DNA of 64,000 nucleotides from an uncultured Actinomycetes bacterium (GTDB lineage Bacteria > Actinomycetota > Thermoleophilia > Solirubrobacterales > 70-9): NCBI GenBank assembly GCA_963815645.1, contig CAWFHL010000004.1, positions 141,416 through 205,415 on the forward strand, written 5' to 3'. The notes below the pieces were generated by a model. It saw only the letters and a list, made by a program, of their open reading frames with translations, did not search any database and was not told the origin of the DNA. This document shows, piece by piece, positions 1-10,146 of this stretch. The position numbers and the translations under genes are program-made. The first letter of the stretch is position 1, and the number at the start of each line of letters is the position of its first letter.

Positions 1-233
1 CCCGACTGCGTACACCCCTCTGTGAAGTGGATTCAGCTGCCCGGTCCCAATCCGCTTCGAATCGCGTCCCTACCCACCCCGAGCCGGCGCAGCTGCTCTA
101 CCGAGACGACCCCGTGTTGGCTGGTTGCGAGTCGGGCGATCCGCCGCCCTCGCCGGGCTGCATCTTGCGTGCCCATAGGGGCCTAAAGTTGCGTTCGGCG
201 AGGGGGCGCCCCTGGCGCTGGGATGATTTGGGC

Positions 234-890
234 GTGTTGTTTGAGCTTCGTGAGGTGGATTGCGAACGCGGGGGCCGGGCGGTGCTGCGCGACGTCACGG
301 TCGGGATCCCCGTGGGGGCGAGCGCACTCGTCGGACCCTCGGGGGCGGGGAAGTCGACCCTGCTGCGCCTGTTGAACCGGCTCGCTGACCCGGTGTCCGG
401 GGAGATCGCCTACCGCGGTCGTCCCCTGAACGACTACGAGCCGCTCGAGCTGCGCCGCGAGGTCTCACTGGTGCCGCAGCTGCCCGCCCTGCTGGAGGGA
501 AGCCTCGGCTCGAACCTCGAGTTCGCCGCCGGCCTGGCCGGGCGGGATGCGGACGCCGCGCGCTGCCTCGCCCTCGCCGGCCTCGGTCCCGAGTTCGCCG
601 ATCGCGACGTCTCCGCCCTCTCGGTCGGTGAGCAGCAACGCGCGATGCTGGCCCGTTCCCTGGCACAGCAGCCGCGGGTGCTGCTGCTCGACGAGCCGAC
701 CTCGGCCCTCGATGAGGCCACCCGCGACGCGATCGAGCGGACCTTCGCCCGGCTGCAGCTGGAGATCGACGTCTCGATCGTCCTCGTCACCCACGACCCG
801 GCCCAGGCGCGCCGCCTCGGCGATTACGTGATCCGGCTGAAGGCCGGTTGCCTGGCCGGCTGCGGTCCGGTCGAGGAGCTGATCGCCTGA
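234..890 (+). CDS. ABC transporter ATP-binding protein (FetA/YbbL-like; partner of the following UPF0014 permease)
   Basis: ORF 27..890. Walker A GPSGAGKST, signature LSVGEQQR, Walker B LLLDEPTSALD, H-loop VTHD. The first ~70 codons of the ORF are low complexity, so the start is placed at in-frame GTG 234 (TTG 228 or 237 equally possible). Confidence 0.8.
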   Translation: MLFELREVDCERGGRAVLRDVTVGIPVGASALVGPSGAGKSTLLRLLNRLADPVSGEIAYRGRPLNDYEPLELRREVSLVPQLPALLEGSLGSNLEFAAGLAGRDADAARCLALAGLGPEFADRDVSALSVGEQQRAMLARSLAQQPRVLLLDEPTSALDEATRDAIERTFARLQLEIDVSIVLVTHDPAQARRLGDYVIRLKAGCLAGCGPVEELIA

Positions 891-1675
891 GCACCTCGAT
901 TCACCTCTCGCTGGGCCAGGTCGCGTCGTCGCTGGCGCTGGTCGTCGTCGCGGCGGCGATCTCCTTCTGGCGCGAGGCCGATCTCGAACGTGACATCGGC
1001 ATCGCCGTGGTCCGCTCGATCGTCCAGCTGACCGCAATCGGCTACGTGATCAAGCTGATCTTCGACACCGACTCGATCGCTCTGGTGATAGCCCTGCTGG
1101 CGGTGATGGTCCTGTTCGGAGCTTTCACGGCGCGCTCACGGGCGAAGAAGGTCCCCGGGGCCTTCTGGCCCCTGCTGATCGCGCTGGCCCTGGCCGGCGC
1201 CACGACACTGGGTCTGGTCGTTGCCCTCGGGGTCTTCGACCCGACGCCGCGCTATCTGGTCCCGGTCGGCGGCATGGTCATCGGCAACGCGATGACAGCT
1301 TCGGCTGTCGCGCTGAACCGGCTCGGCGACGACGTCGCCGACTCGCGGGCGAAGATCGAGGCGACCCTCTCGCTGGGGGCGACCGCCCGCGAGGCGGCGA
1401 TGCCGATCGTCCGGCGCTCGCTGCGCAGCGGAATGATCACCCTGATCGACTCGACCAAGACCACCGGGCTGATCTTCTTCCCGGGGACGATGGTCGGGAT
1501 GCTGCTGGCCGGCGCCAGCCCCACCGATGCGGTCCGGCTGCAGCTGATCCTCCTCTACGTGCTGCTCGGCAGCGTTTCGATCGCCGCCCTGGTCGCAACC
1601 GGCCTCGCCTACCGCAATTTCTTCACCCCGGCCCAGCAGCTGCGCGAGCCGGACGGGACCCGAAATGGCGACTAG
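848..1675 (+). CDS. ABC-type iron export permease, FetB/YbbM (UPF0014) family
   Basis: ORF 848..1675 is a multi-TM protein directly downstream of, and overlapping, the ATPase gene. The GNAMTA...LSLGAT...TGLIFFPGTMVGM pattern is typical of the UPF0014 family. Start is TTG 848, or a CTG overlapping the upstream TGA. Confidence 0.7.
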   Translation: MPGRLRSGRGADRLSTSIHLSLGQVASSLALVVVAAAISFWREADLERDIGIAVVRSIVQLTAIGYVIKLIFDTDSIALVIALLAVMVLFGAFTARSRAKKVPGAFWPLLIALALAGATTLGLVVALGVFDPTPRYLVPVGGMVIGNAMTASAVALNRLGDDVADSRAKIEATLSLGATAREAAMPIVRRSLRSGMITLIDSTKTTGLIFFPGTMVGMLLAGASPTDAVRLQLILLYVLLGSVSIAALVATGLAYRNFFTPAQQLREPDGTRNGD

Positions 1676-2867
1676 CGCCGGTTGATCAGGATCGCCGTGT
1701 CGGGGTTGGCGTAGTCCGGGACGGCGAGGTCCGGGACGCGGCCTCGGTTCAGCCGGCCCGCCGCCACCGAATAAGCCTCGTCGACCGCGACCAGCTTGCG
1801 GGGGGTGCCGAGGCCTCCGGTGCGCTTCTGGAAGCTGATCGCCACCTTGCCGTTGTCCTCGCTGACGTTGGCGACGTCGAGGCGACCGTCGAGGTTGAAG
1901 TCGGCGGCCGCCGGCTCGTAGGCACAGGAGCCCGTCACGGTGGGTGAGGCGACCGGGGCGCGGAAGCGCCCGTTCCCCTTGCCCCTGAGCAGGTAGAGCT
2001 TGTCGTTCCCGTCGCAGTCGGAGACGACCAGGTCGAGCTTGCGGCCGGGGTTGAAGCGTCCCTTGACGAACCCGTAGGCACCCTCCGTGCCGGCGTCGCT
2101 GCGAACCGGGTGCGGAAGCTGCCGCCGCCCCGGCCCAGCAGGATCGCCGCCTGAACGCCCGCCCCTCCGCCGGGGTGGTAGTAGTTGAGCGCGGCGACGT
2201 CGGACTTGCCGTCGCGGTTGAAATCGCCGGTGGTGACGGCGGCGGGGAAGGTGTCCGAGCCGCCGGTTCTGAACGTCTGCGGCGCCCTGAAGCCGCCGGG
2301 CTTGCCGAGCAGGATGCCGACGGTTCCCCTCCCCGAGTTGGCAACTGCGAGATCGGTACGGCCGTCGCGGTTGAAGTCGGCCGCTGCTACCGAGTAGGGG
2401 TACTCGTCGCCGGTCGCCGGGCCGGTGTCGAAGAGCTGCGGCGCCCGGAAGCCACCCGGCTTGGATCGCAGCAGAGCGATCTTGTCGCTCTCGTAGTCGG
2501 CTACCGCCATGTCGGGGCGACCGTCGCGGTTGAAGTCCCGCGCCACGATGCCGAAGGGGTAATCGCCCGCCGGGAACTGGCGCGCCGGCTTGAACCCTCC
2601 CGGCTTCCCGTAGAGGACGTTGACCAGGTCGTCATCCTCACTGCCGACGGCGACGTCCCTGCGTCCATCGCCGTTGAAGTCCGCGATCGCGACGGGAAAG
2701 GGGTCGCCGCCGGTGATCGGCAGGTGCCGCGCCGGCTTGAACTGACCGAAGCCGAGCGCCCCGGAGGCGAACAACAGCGAGGCCAGCAGGGAGGCGAGCG
2801 CGATGGCGCGAACGGGCGAGCGTCTCGTCCTCATTCCGGGCCTATCGGCAGCGGTAGTGGTTGTCAT
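1672..2867 (-). CDS. Secreted FG-GAP/VCBS repeat protein (reading frame broken once as sequenced)
   Basis: Minus-strand ATG at 2867, with signal-peptide-like MTTTTAADRPGMRTRRSPVRAIALASLLASLLFASGA. Repeated FNxDGxxDxAV FG-GAP units follow. The frame changes near 2108 (..GGGSFRT | PVRSDAGTEGAYGF..). The last 88 codons are ORF 1672..1938. Confidence 0.75.
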
Positions 2868-2900
2868 TAGCCTCCGAAGCGGCCCTCCTAGACTGGACGC

Positions 2901-4523
2901 GTGTCCCGCTCGCAGCGCCTGACGCTGGTCGCGACGATCCTCGGATCGACCGTCGTCTTCCTCGATGCCACCGTCGTCAACGTCGCCCTTCCCGCGATCA
3001 GCGACGGGCTGAACGCCGGCCTCGCCGGGCAGCAGTGGGTGGTCGAGGCCTATCTGCTGGCGCTGGTCTCCCTGCTCCTGGTGGGGGGCTCGATGGGGGA
3101 CCAGTTCGGTCGGCGGCGGATGTTCGTCGCCGGGCTGATTGGATTCGGTGCGACCTCGGCGCTCTGCGCGGTGGCTCCGTCGGACGGGTTCCTGGTTGCT
3201 GCCCGCGCCCTCCAGGGGATCACCGGGGCCCTGCTGGTCCCCGGATCGCTGGCGATCGTCGCCGCGACCTTCGAGGGCGAGAGCAGGGGCAAGGCGGTCG
3301 GAACATGGACGGCTTGGACGGGGATCGCGACGGTGCTCGGCCCGGCGGGCGGCGGCGCCCTGGTCTCGGCGTTTTCCTGGCGCTGGGTGTTCTGGGTCAA
3401 CCTGCCGCTGATCGCGGCCACCGTCGCGCTGACCCTGCATTCGGTCGGCGAGAGCCGTGATCCGGATGCCTACCGCGGCATCGACTGGATCGGGATCCTG
3501 CTCTCCGCGCTGGGCCTCGGCGGACCGGTGTTCGCCCTGATCGAGCAGCCGACCCACGGCTGGGGCAGCCCGTTGGTCTGGACCCCGCTGCTGGCCGGGG
3601 TCGCCTGCTTCGCCCTGTTCGTCGTCTGGGAGGCGAGGGCGAAGCACCCGATGCTCGACCTGGGGCTGTTCCGCATCCGCAACTTCAGCGTCGCCAACCT
3701 GACCACGCTGACCGCCTACGCGGGTCTGATGGGCGGGCTCTTCTTCCTCGGCCTCTTCCTGCAGCAGGTGGTCGGCTACAGCCCGCTCGAGGCCGGCCTG
3801 GCGACGACGCCGATCTCCCTGATCCTCTTCGTCCTCTCGCCGCGATTCGGGCGGATCACCTCGGGTAACGGCCCCCGACTGCCGATGACCACCGGGCCGC
3901 TGGTCGCCGGCGCCGGGATGCTGCTGATGCTGCGGATCGACGCCGACGCGAGCTATCTCGCCGACATCCTGCCGGCGATCCTCGTCTTCGGCCTCGGGCT
4001 CTCGGCGCTGGTCGCGCCGCTGACCGCGACCGTTCTGGACTCCGTCCCGGAGAACCGGGCGGGGATTGCCTCGGGCGTCAACAACGGCATCTCCAGGGTC
4101 GCCGGGCTGATGGCGATCGCCGTGCTGGGCGCTGTGGTCTCTGCCCAGTTCGGCTCCGCGCTGGACGGATCACTCGGCGATCGGGAGCTCTCGCCGCAGG
4201 CCACCCGCGCCGTGGAGGATGCGAAGTCGAAGCCGCTCGCCGTTCCCCGAACCGGCGACCTCGCTGCGGCCGAGGTGGCGACGATCGACTCCGCCGCAGA
4301 CGACGCCTCGACCTCGGGGTTCCATCTGGGCATCGGGATCGGCGGGCTGTTGATGATCTGCGGCGGGATCGTCGCCGGTGTCGGGATTCGCAACCCGGAG
4401 CGGCGGGGGGAGGCTCATCCGACCCGGGGTGCGGCGACCGCGGGGGAGTGCGGGCACAGCGCCGACTGCGACGAGCGTCTGCCGGCGGGGGTCGTCGAGG
4501 CGCCGGCGCCCGAGCCCGCATAG
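2901..4523 (+). CDS. MFS transporter, 14-TMS drug:H+ antiporter (EmrB/QacA, DHA2) type
   Basis: Intact ORF 2901..4523 of 540 aa. N-terminal LDATVVNVALPAI and GxLGDxFGRRR motifs, about 14 hydrophobic segments. Confidence 0.85.
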   Translation: MSRSQRLTLVATILGSTVVFLDATVVNVALPAISDGLNAGLAGQQWVVEAYLLALVSLLLVGGSMGDQFGRRRMFVAGLIGFGATSALCAVAPSDGFLVAARALQGITGALLVPGSLAIVAATFEGESRGKAVGTWTAWTGIATVLGPAGGGALVSAFSWRWVFWVNLPLIAATVALTLHSVGESRDPDAYRGIDWIGILLSALGLGGPVFALIEQPTHGWGSPLVWTPLLAGVACFALFVVWEARAKHPMLDLGLFRIRNFSVANLTTLTAYAGLMGGLFFLGLFLQQVVGYSPLEAGLATTPISLILFVLSPRFGRITSGNGPRLPMTTGPLVAGAGMLLMLRIDADASYLADILPAILVFGLGLSALVAPLTATVLDSVPENRAGIASGVNNGISRVAGLMAIAVLGAVVSAQFGSALDGSLGDRELSPQATRAVEDAKSKPLAVPRTGDLAAAEVATIDSAADDASTSGFHLGIGIGGLLMICGGIVAGVGIRNPERRGEAHPTRGAATAGECGHSADCDERLPAGVVEAPAPEPA

Positions 4524-4534
4524 TCTCCCGCCGC

Positions 4535-5524
4535 GTGAGGATCTTCTCCGGAATCCAGCCGACCGGCCGCAAGCACCTCGGCAACTACATCGGCGCGATC
4601 CGCCAGTACGTCGATGGCCAGGAGCGCGGCGACCCGGCGATCTATTGCATCGTCGACCTGCACGCGACCACCGTCGCCTACGAGCCGGGCGAGCTTCGCG
4701 AGCGGCTTCACGACACCACCGCGCTGCTTCTCGCCGCCGGCCTCGATCCCGAGCGCTGCATCCTCTTCCGCCAGTCCGATGTCCGCGAGCACACCGAGCT
4801 CTGCTGGCTGCTCGCCTCGGTGACGGCGCACGGGGACCTCAACCGGATGACCCAGTTCAAGGAGAAGTCGGCGGCGCAGCGAGAGCTGGTCTCGGCCGGC
4901 CTCTTCTTCTACCCGGTGCTGCAGGCCGCCGACGTGCTCGCCTACCGGGCAGAGGAGGTCCCGGTCGGCGAGGACCAGCGCCAGCACGTCGAGCTGATGC
5001 GGGAGATCGCCCGCCGCTTCAACGAGCGATACGGCGAGACCCTGGTGGTGCCCGAGCACCGGATCCCCGGGGTCGGGGCGCGGATCATGGACCTTCAGGA
5101 GCCCGAGCGGAAGATGTCGACGACCGTGGGCAGCGAGGCCGGGACCGTCTACGTGCTCGACGAGCCCGGGGCGATCCGCAAGAAGCTCGCCACCGCGGTG
5201 ACCGACTCCGGCCGCGAGGTCATCCGGGCAGAGGAGAAGCCCGGGGTCACCAACCTGATCGATATCCTCGCCGCCGCCCGCGGGATCGGGCCCGAGGCGG
5301 TGGAGGCCGAGTTCGCTGAGGCCGGCTACGGCGACTTCAAGAAGGCGGTGGCGGAGGCGACGGTGGAATACCTGGCGCCTGTCCGCGAGCGCTACGCGGA
5401 GCTGCGCCCCGACGCGGGCCGGCTGGAGGCGGTGCTGGACTCGGGCTCTGCGAAGGCGCGCTCGCTCGCCTCGGAGACGCTCGGCGAGGTGCGGGAGAAG
5501 ATGGGCGTCGGCGCTCCGCGCTAG
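4535..5524 (+). CDS. trpS: Tryptophan--tRNA ligase
   Basis: In-frame GTG at 4535 within ORF 4448..5524. FSGIQPTGRKHLGNYIGA (HIGH-type region) and KMSTT (KMSKS equivalent); class Ic length of about 330 aa. Confidence 0.9.
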   Translation: MRIFSGIQPTGRKHLGNYIGAIRQYVDGQERGDPAIYCIVDLHATTVAYEPGELRERLHDTTALLLAAGLDPERCILFRQSDVREHTELCWLLASVTAHGDLNRMTQFKEKSAAQRELVSAGLFFYPVLQAADVLAYRAEEVPVGEDQRQHVELMREIARRFNERYGETLVVPEHRIPGVGARIMDLQEPERKMSTTVGSEAGTVYVLDEPGAIRKKLATAVTDSGREVIRAEEKPGVTNLIDILAAARGIGPEAVEAEFAEAGYGDFKKAVAEATVEYLAPVRERYAELRPDAGRLEAVLDSGSAKARSLASETLGEVREKMGVGAPR

Positions 5525-5628
5525 TCGATTCGTCCGCTCGGGCGATCTCGCCCAGGATGCGAGTGATCCGGTTGGGCTGCCGTTGGGCACTGGTAGTAGC
5601 CCGTTGAATCGATTCTGGAGGCCGGGGA

Positions 5629-6609
5629 ATGCAGGGCAGAGATCGGAGATGGAGGGCGTTGGCGACCGCGGTGGCGGTCGCCGCGCTCCCTCCGGCCGCT
5701 GCCCAGGCCTCGATCCCGCTGAGCGGCGCCAAGGGCGAGCCGCTCGACACAACGCAGCAGGACGCCAACACCCGCTTCCACATCCACCTCAACCTCGGCG
5801 GCAGCGAGCAGCTCAAGGACCTGAGCCAGAAGCTGCCCTTCGGCATCGGCCCCGATCTGCTGCAGCCGACCTGTCCCGTCGCCAGCTTCGAGCCTGACGA
5901 CAACTGTCCCGCCAAGACGCGGATCGGGACCACCACCGTCGTCGCCACGCTGGCCGGGGTGCCCCTACCGCAGACCGTGAGCGGCCGCATCTATTACCTA
6001 GAGCCGGCGCCGGACGAGGCCTATCCGGAGCTCGGGATCGTGCTCGAGCCGCCGAGCGGGCCGAAGGTCTTCCAGCGCGGCAAGACCGAGATCCTCGCCG
6101 ACGGGATCGCGACGACGATCAACGACTTCCCCCAGGCGACCAACATCGCCGAGGGCCCGTTGCCGCCGATCAATGTCCCGACGCGGATCGACTCGCTCGA
6201 CATCGTCCTGGTCAAGTCATTCCTGCGCAACCCGACCACCTGCACCCCGGCGACTACCAGCTTTTCAGCGGTCAGCTACGAGGACCCGTCGCACACCAGC
6301 ACGACAGACGCCGCCTACACGCCTACCGGCTGCCCGCCCCCGCCTCCGCGGGCGAAGCCGCGGTGCGGGGGCCGGGTCACGACCATGGTTGGGACGGCGA
6401 AGCACGACGTGATCGCCGGGACCCGCGGTCGCGACGTGATCGCCGGGCTCGGAGGCAACGACACGCTGAAGGGTCTGAGGGGCAACGACCTGCTCTGCGG
6501 CGGCCCCGGTAGGGACAGGCTGTTCGGTGGGCGGGGCCGCGACCGGCTGCTCGGCGGCCCGGGGAAGGACGAGCTGCGCGGCGGCCCCGGGAAGGACGTC
6601 CGACGCTAA
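5629..6609 (+). CDS. Secreted protein with C-terminal RTX-type (GGxGxD) calcium-binding repeats
   Basis: Signal peptide RWRALATAVAVAALPPAAAQA. C-terminus GLGGNDTLKGLRGNDLLCGGPGRDRLFGGRGRDRLLGGPGKDELRGGPGKD. The N-terminal domain is not recognised. Confidence 0.6.
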   Translation: MQGRDRRWRALATAVAVAALPPAAAQASIPLSGAKGEPLDTTQQDANTRFHIHLNLGGSEQLKDLSQKLPFGIGPDLLQPTCPVASFEPDDNCPAKTRIGTTTVVATLAGVPLPQTVSGRIYYLEPAPDEAYPELGIVLEPPSGPKVFQRGKTEILADGIATTINDFPQATNIAEGPLPPINVPTRIDSLDIVLVKSFLRNPTTCTPATTSFSAVSYEDPSHTSTTDAAYTPTGCPPPPPRAKPRCGGRVTTMVGTAKHDVIAGTRGRDVIAGLGGNDTLKGLRGNDLLCGGPGRDRLFGGRGRDRLLGGPGKDELRGGPGKDVRR

Positions 6610-6656
6610 CACCGCGCCAATAGAGTGCGACGGGGGCGGCCTCTAGGCTTGCGGCG

Positions 6657-7397
6657 ATGGCGGTGCGCGACCTCGACCTCGACCTGGAAGTCTTCGCGGG
6701 TCCCTTCGACCTGCTCCTCGCGGTCCTCCTGCGGGAGGAGGTCAGCCTGCTCGAGGTCGAGCTGGGCGAGGTCGTCGTCGCCTACATCGAGCACCTCGAG
6801 CGCGAGGGAGAGCTCGAGCTCGAGGTGGCGACCGAGTTCCTGGTGTTGATCGCGGCGCTGCTGGAGCTGAAGTCACGGATGCTGCTGCCCGGCGCCGAGG
6901 AGGACCTGGACGAGCTTGCGCCCGAGGAGGCGGTCGAGGAGCTGGTGGCCCGGATGCTCGAGTACCGGCGCTACCGCGACGCCGCGGCGATGATCTCCGA
7001 GCGATTCGAGGACTCGCATCGCAATCTCTACCGGAACGCGCCCCTGCCCGCGGCGCTGCGAAGGGTCTCACTGGAAGCGGCGGTCGCCTCCTATGAGCCG
7101 GATCTGCTCGGGGCAGCGATCGGTGACCTGCTCGAGGTGCCTCCCGAGGTCGATACCAGCCACATTCGCACCACCGTCTCGATCGAGCGCCGCCTGACGG
7201 CGCTGCGCGAGGCGCTCTCGCGGCGCCCGAGCTTCGATTTCGACGACGAGTTCGGCGGCGAGGACCGATTCACCCAGGCGGTGACCCTGTTCGCGCTGCT
7301 CGAGCTCTACCGGAAGGGAGAGGCGGAATGGGTCCAGCGCAGGCCCTTCGGGGCGATAAGGGTGAGCAAGCCGAGACCGAAGGCGGGGGTCGGATGA
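6657..7397 (+). CDS. scpA: Segregation and condensation protein A (kleisin)
   Basis: N-terminal FAGPFDLLLAVLLREEVSLLEVELGEVVVAYIEHL pattern. ATGA overlap with scpB. Confidence 0.85.
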   Translation: MAVRDLDLDLEVFAGPFDLLLAVLLREEVSLLEVELGEVVVAYIEHLEREGELELEVATEFLVLIAALLELKSRMLLPGAEEDLDELAPEEAVEELVARMLEYRRYRDAAAMISERFEDSHRNLYRNAPLPAALRRVSLEAAVASYEPDLLGAAIGDLLEVPPEVDTSHIRTTVSIERRLTALREALSRRPSFDFDDEFGGEDRFTQAVTLFALLELYRKGEAEWVQRRPFGAIRVSKPRPKAGVG

Positions 7398-7966
7398 GCG
7401 AGCTGGCGAGGAAGCTGGAGGCGCTGCTCTTCCTCTCCGCGCAGCCGGTGCCGGCCGGGGAGCTGGCGCTTGCCTGCGAGGCCGGCGAGGAGGAGGTCGG
7501 GGCGGCGCTCTCCGAGCTGGGCGCCGAGCTCGCCGAGGGCAGCCGCGGCATCGTCCTACGCGAGGTCGCAGGCGGCTACGCGCTGGCCTCGGCGCCTGAG
7601 GCGGAACAGGCCGCCAGGCGCCTGCTCTCGAGGCCGCGCACCCCGCCGCTGACCCAGGCGCAGGCCGAGACCCTGGCGATCGTCGCCTACCTGCAGCCGG
7701 TCTCGAGGCCGGAGGTCGCGCGGATCCGCGGCGTCGCCTCCGAGTCGGCGGTACAGACGCTGGGCGAGCGTGGCCTGATCGAGGAGTCCGGGCGCTCGCG
7801 TTTCGGAGCGGCGATCTACCGCACGACGGAGCTGTTCGAGAGGCTGTTCGGGCTCTCCGGTCTCGAGGCGCTCCCCGACCCCTCGCGATTCGACCCGACC
7901 GCCGAGGACGAGCGCGACCTGAGGGAGCGGCTGATGCGCGCAGGGGAGCAACGCGCGGCCTCCTGA
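7394..7966 (+). CDS. scpB: Segregation and condensation protein B
   Basis: In-frame ATG 7394 in ORF 7328..7966. LEALLFLSAQPV..., LTQAQAETLAIVAYLQPVSRPEVARIRGV winged-helix pattern. Confidence 0.85.
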   Translation: MSELARKLEALLFLSAQPVPAGELALACEAGEEEVGAALSELGAELAEGSRGIVLREVAGGYALASAPEAEQAARRLLSRPRTPPLTQAQAETLAIVAYLQPVSRPEVARIRGVASESAVQTLGERGLIEESGRSRFGAAIYRTTELFERLFGLSGLEALPDPSRFDPTAEDERDLRERLMRAGEQRAAS

Positions 7967-7976
7967 GCCCCGGGCC

Positions 7977-8672
7977 GTGCGGCTCGCCAAGTTCCTCGCG
8001 CACGGCGGTGTCGCATCGAGGCGCGCCTCGGAGCGGATCGTCGCCGATCGGCGGGTGACGGTCGGGGGGGAAGTCGTCACCGACCCCGCCCGGGAGGTCG
8101 GAGACGCCGACGATGTACGGGTCGACGGACGGCCTGTGAGTGGCGAGCCGCGGGAGGTCTGGGCGCTGAACAAGCCCGCTGGGGTGGTCTCCACCGCCCG
8201 CGAGCCGGGGAAGCGGAAGGCGGTGGTCGAGCTGGTCGCCAGCCGGGCGCGGCTCTACCCGGTCGGCCGTCTCGACGCCGAATCGACCGGACTGATCGTG
8301 CTGACCAACGACGGGGAGCTCGCCAACCGGCTCACCCACCCCCGCTACGGCGTCGCCAAGACCTACGTCGCCGAGCTGCGCAGGCCGCCGGCCGAGCGCG
8401 ACCTGTCCCGCCTCGCCCACGGTCTGCGACTCGACGACGGGCCGACCGCGCCGGCACTGGTCCTGCGCCTCGGCGAGCGCCGCGTCGAGATGACCCTGCG
8501 CGAGGGGCGAAACCGGCAGGTGCGGAGGATGTTCGAGGCGATCGGAAACGAGGTGCTCGGGCTGCGCCGGGTCCGGCTCGGCTCGCTGGAGCTCGGCGAT
8601 CTGAGCCCGGGAGAAAGCCGGCGGCTCGGTGAGGACGAGGTCGCGCAGCTCTGGGAAGATGCCCGACCGTGA
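7977..8672 (+). CDS. rluB: RluB/RsuA-family pseudouridine synthase with N-terminal S4 domain
   Basis: MRLAKFLAHGGVASRRASERIV (S4 domain), VGRLDAESTGLIVLTNDGEL catalytic Asp motif, REGRNRQVRRMF. Confidence 0.85.
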   Translation: MRLAKFLAHGGVASRRASERIVADRRVTVGGEVVTDPAREVGDADDVRVDGRPVSGEPREVWALNKPAGVVSTAREPGKRKAVVELVASRARLYPVGRLDAESTGLIVLTNDGELANRLTHPRYGVAKTYVAELRRPPAERDLSRLAHGLRLDDGPTAPALVLRLGERRVEMTLREGRNRQVRRMFEAIGNEVLGLRRVRLGSLELGDLSPGESRRLGEDEVAQLWEDARP

Positions 8673-9043
8673 GCGAGAAGCGACTCTTCGCGGTGCGCGG
8701 AGCCGTCCAGGCCCCCGCGAACGAGGCCGGGGCGATCGTCGCCGCCACCGGAGAGCTGATGCGCGAGCTGATGGAGCGCAACTCGCTCGAATCGGGGGCG
8801 ATGGTCAGCTGCCTGTTCACGACCACCGCCGACCTCGACGCCGAGTTCCCGGCTGTCGCGGCCCGTGAGATCGGACTCGACTCGGTGCCCCTGCTCTGCA
8901 CCCGCGAGATCGACGTTCCCGGCTCGATGCGGCGGGTGGTGAGGGTGATGGTCCACTACTACGCGGCCGAGGACCACCGGCCTGCCCACACCTATCTCGG
9001 CGCTGCGCAGGAGCTGCGCTCCGACCTGCGCGCGGCACAATAG
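8669..9043 (+). CDS. aroH: Monofunctional chorismate mutase, AroH class
   Basis: 124 aa. LFAVRGAVQ..N......I...T.EL start and FTTTADLDAEFPA are typical of AroH. GTGA overlap with rluB. Confidence 0.75.
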   Translation: MSEKRLFAVRGAVQAPANEAGAIVAATGELMRELMERNSLESGAMVSCLFTTTADLDAEFPAVAAREIGLDSVPLLCTREIDVPGSMRRVVRVMVHYYAAEDHRPAHTYLGAAQELRSDLRAAQ

Positions 9044-9048
9044 GCCCG

Positions 9049-10146
9049 GTGAGCATCACCTTCGCCGAAAAGCTCGCCCGGATCCCCGGCTATCAGGCGG
9101 GCGTGCCGGCCGGGCAGGCGCCCGAGCAGATCGCCGCCGGGGAGATCGCCCAGCTCGCCTCGAACGAGTCGCCGTTCCCGCCTCACCCGGAGGTGATCGC
9201 GGCGATCGAGCGAGCGGCGCCCGCGATGAACCGCTACCCGGACCCGGGCGCCACCCTGCTGCGCCGCCGCCTCGCCGATCGCTTCGAGGTGCAGCCGGGG
9301 AACATCGCGGTCGGGAACGGCTCCTGCGAGATCCTCCTGGCCGCGGCGGCGGCCCTCTGCGAGCCGGGTGCCGAGATCGTCTACGCCTGGCCCTCCTTCT
9401 CGATCTATGCCTATCTGGCGCCGCTCTCGGGAGCGCGCGAGATCCGGGTCCCCCTCGCCGAGGGCTACGTCCACGACCTCGACGCGATGCTGACCGAGGT
9501 GACCGCTGCGACCCAGCTGCTGGTCGTCTGCAACCCCAACAACCCGACCGGCACCTGGGTCCCCGCCGCACAGATCGGCGCCTTCTGCGAGCGCGTCCCG
9601 GGCCACGTCACGGTGATCCTCGACGAGGCCTACGTCGAGTTCCAGCAGACCGACGACCCCGACGCGACTGTGGACCTGCTCTCCGAGTTCCCCAACCTCG
9701 TCCTGCTTCGTACCTTCAGCAAGTGCTACGGCCTCGCCGGGCTGCGGGTCGGCTACGGCCTCGGTTCGGCGCCGTTCCGGGCCGCGGTCGACGCGGTCCG
9801 CCAGCCTTTCGACGTCAATGCGATAGCCCAGGCGGCGGCGGCCGAGGCGATCAAGCACTCGGACGACGTGACTGGCCGGGTCGAGCAGACGATCATCGAG
9901 CGGGTCCGGGTCGAGGAGGGCCTGGCGGAGCTCGGCCTCGCCACGGCGCGGACCGAGGCGAACTTCTCCTGGGTCGCCCTCGGGGCGGCCGAGGACGAGC
10001 AGGCAGCCCTCGCCGGGCTCTCGGAGCGAGGTGTCCACGTGCGGGCCGGGACCCCGCTGGGAAGCCCAGGGCACATCCGGGTCAGCTACGGGACCCGGGA
10101 GGAGAATGAGCGTTTCCTTGCCGGGATCGAAGCAGTGCTCGACTAG
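9049..10146 (+). CDS. hisC: Histidinol-phosphate/aromatic aminotransferase (class II PLP enzyme)
   Basis: 365 aa. LASNESPFPP, NPNNPTG, TFSKCYGLAGLRVGY (PLP lysine). Its position inside an aromatic amino-acid block suggests an aromatic or prephenate aminotransferase role. Confidence 0.8.
   Translation: MSITFAEKLARIPGYQAGVPAGQAPEQIAAGEIAQLASNESPFPPHPEVIAAIERAAPAMNRYPDPGATLLRRRLADRFEVQPGNIAVGNGSCEILLAAAAALCEPGAEIVYAWPSFSIYAYLAPLSGAREIRVPLAEGYVHDLDAMLTEVTAATQLLVVCNPNNPTGTWVPAAQIGAFCERVPGHVTVILDEAYVEFQQTDDPDATVDLLSEFPNLVLLRTFSKCYGLAGLRVGYGLGSAPFRAAVDAVRQPFDVNAIAQAAAAEAIKHSDDVTGRVEQTIIERVRVEEGLAELGLATARTEANFSWVALGAAEDEQAALAGLSERGVHVRAGTPLGSPGHIRVSYGTREENERFLAGIEAVLD

Noticed and set aside
4415-5752. 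Long antisense or alternative-frame ORFs throughout (for example 4415..5752-, 7068..8420-, 8992..10074-, 16185..17525-, 18519..20213-, 30373..31734-, 46261..47421-, 48066..49847-, 53963..55186-, 60443..61546-)
   Set aside because: These are typical high-GC shadow ORFs. Their translations are Arg/Pro/Gly/Ala-rich low complexity without motifs. Each lies opposite or out of frame to a gene with strong family signatures.
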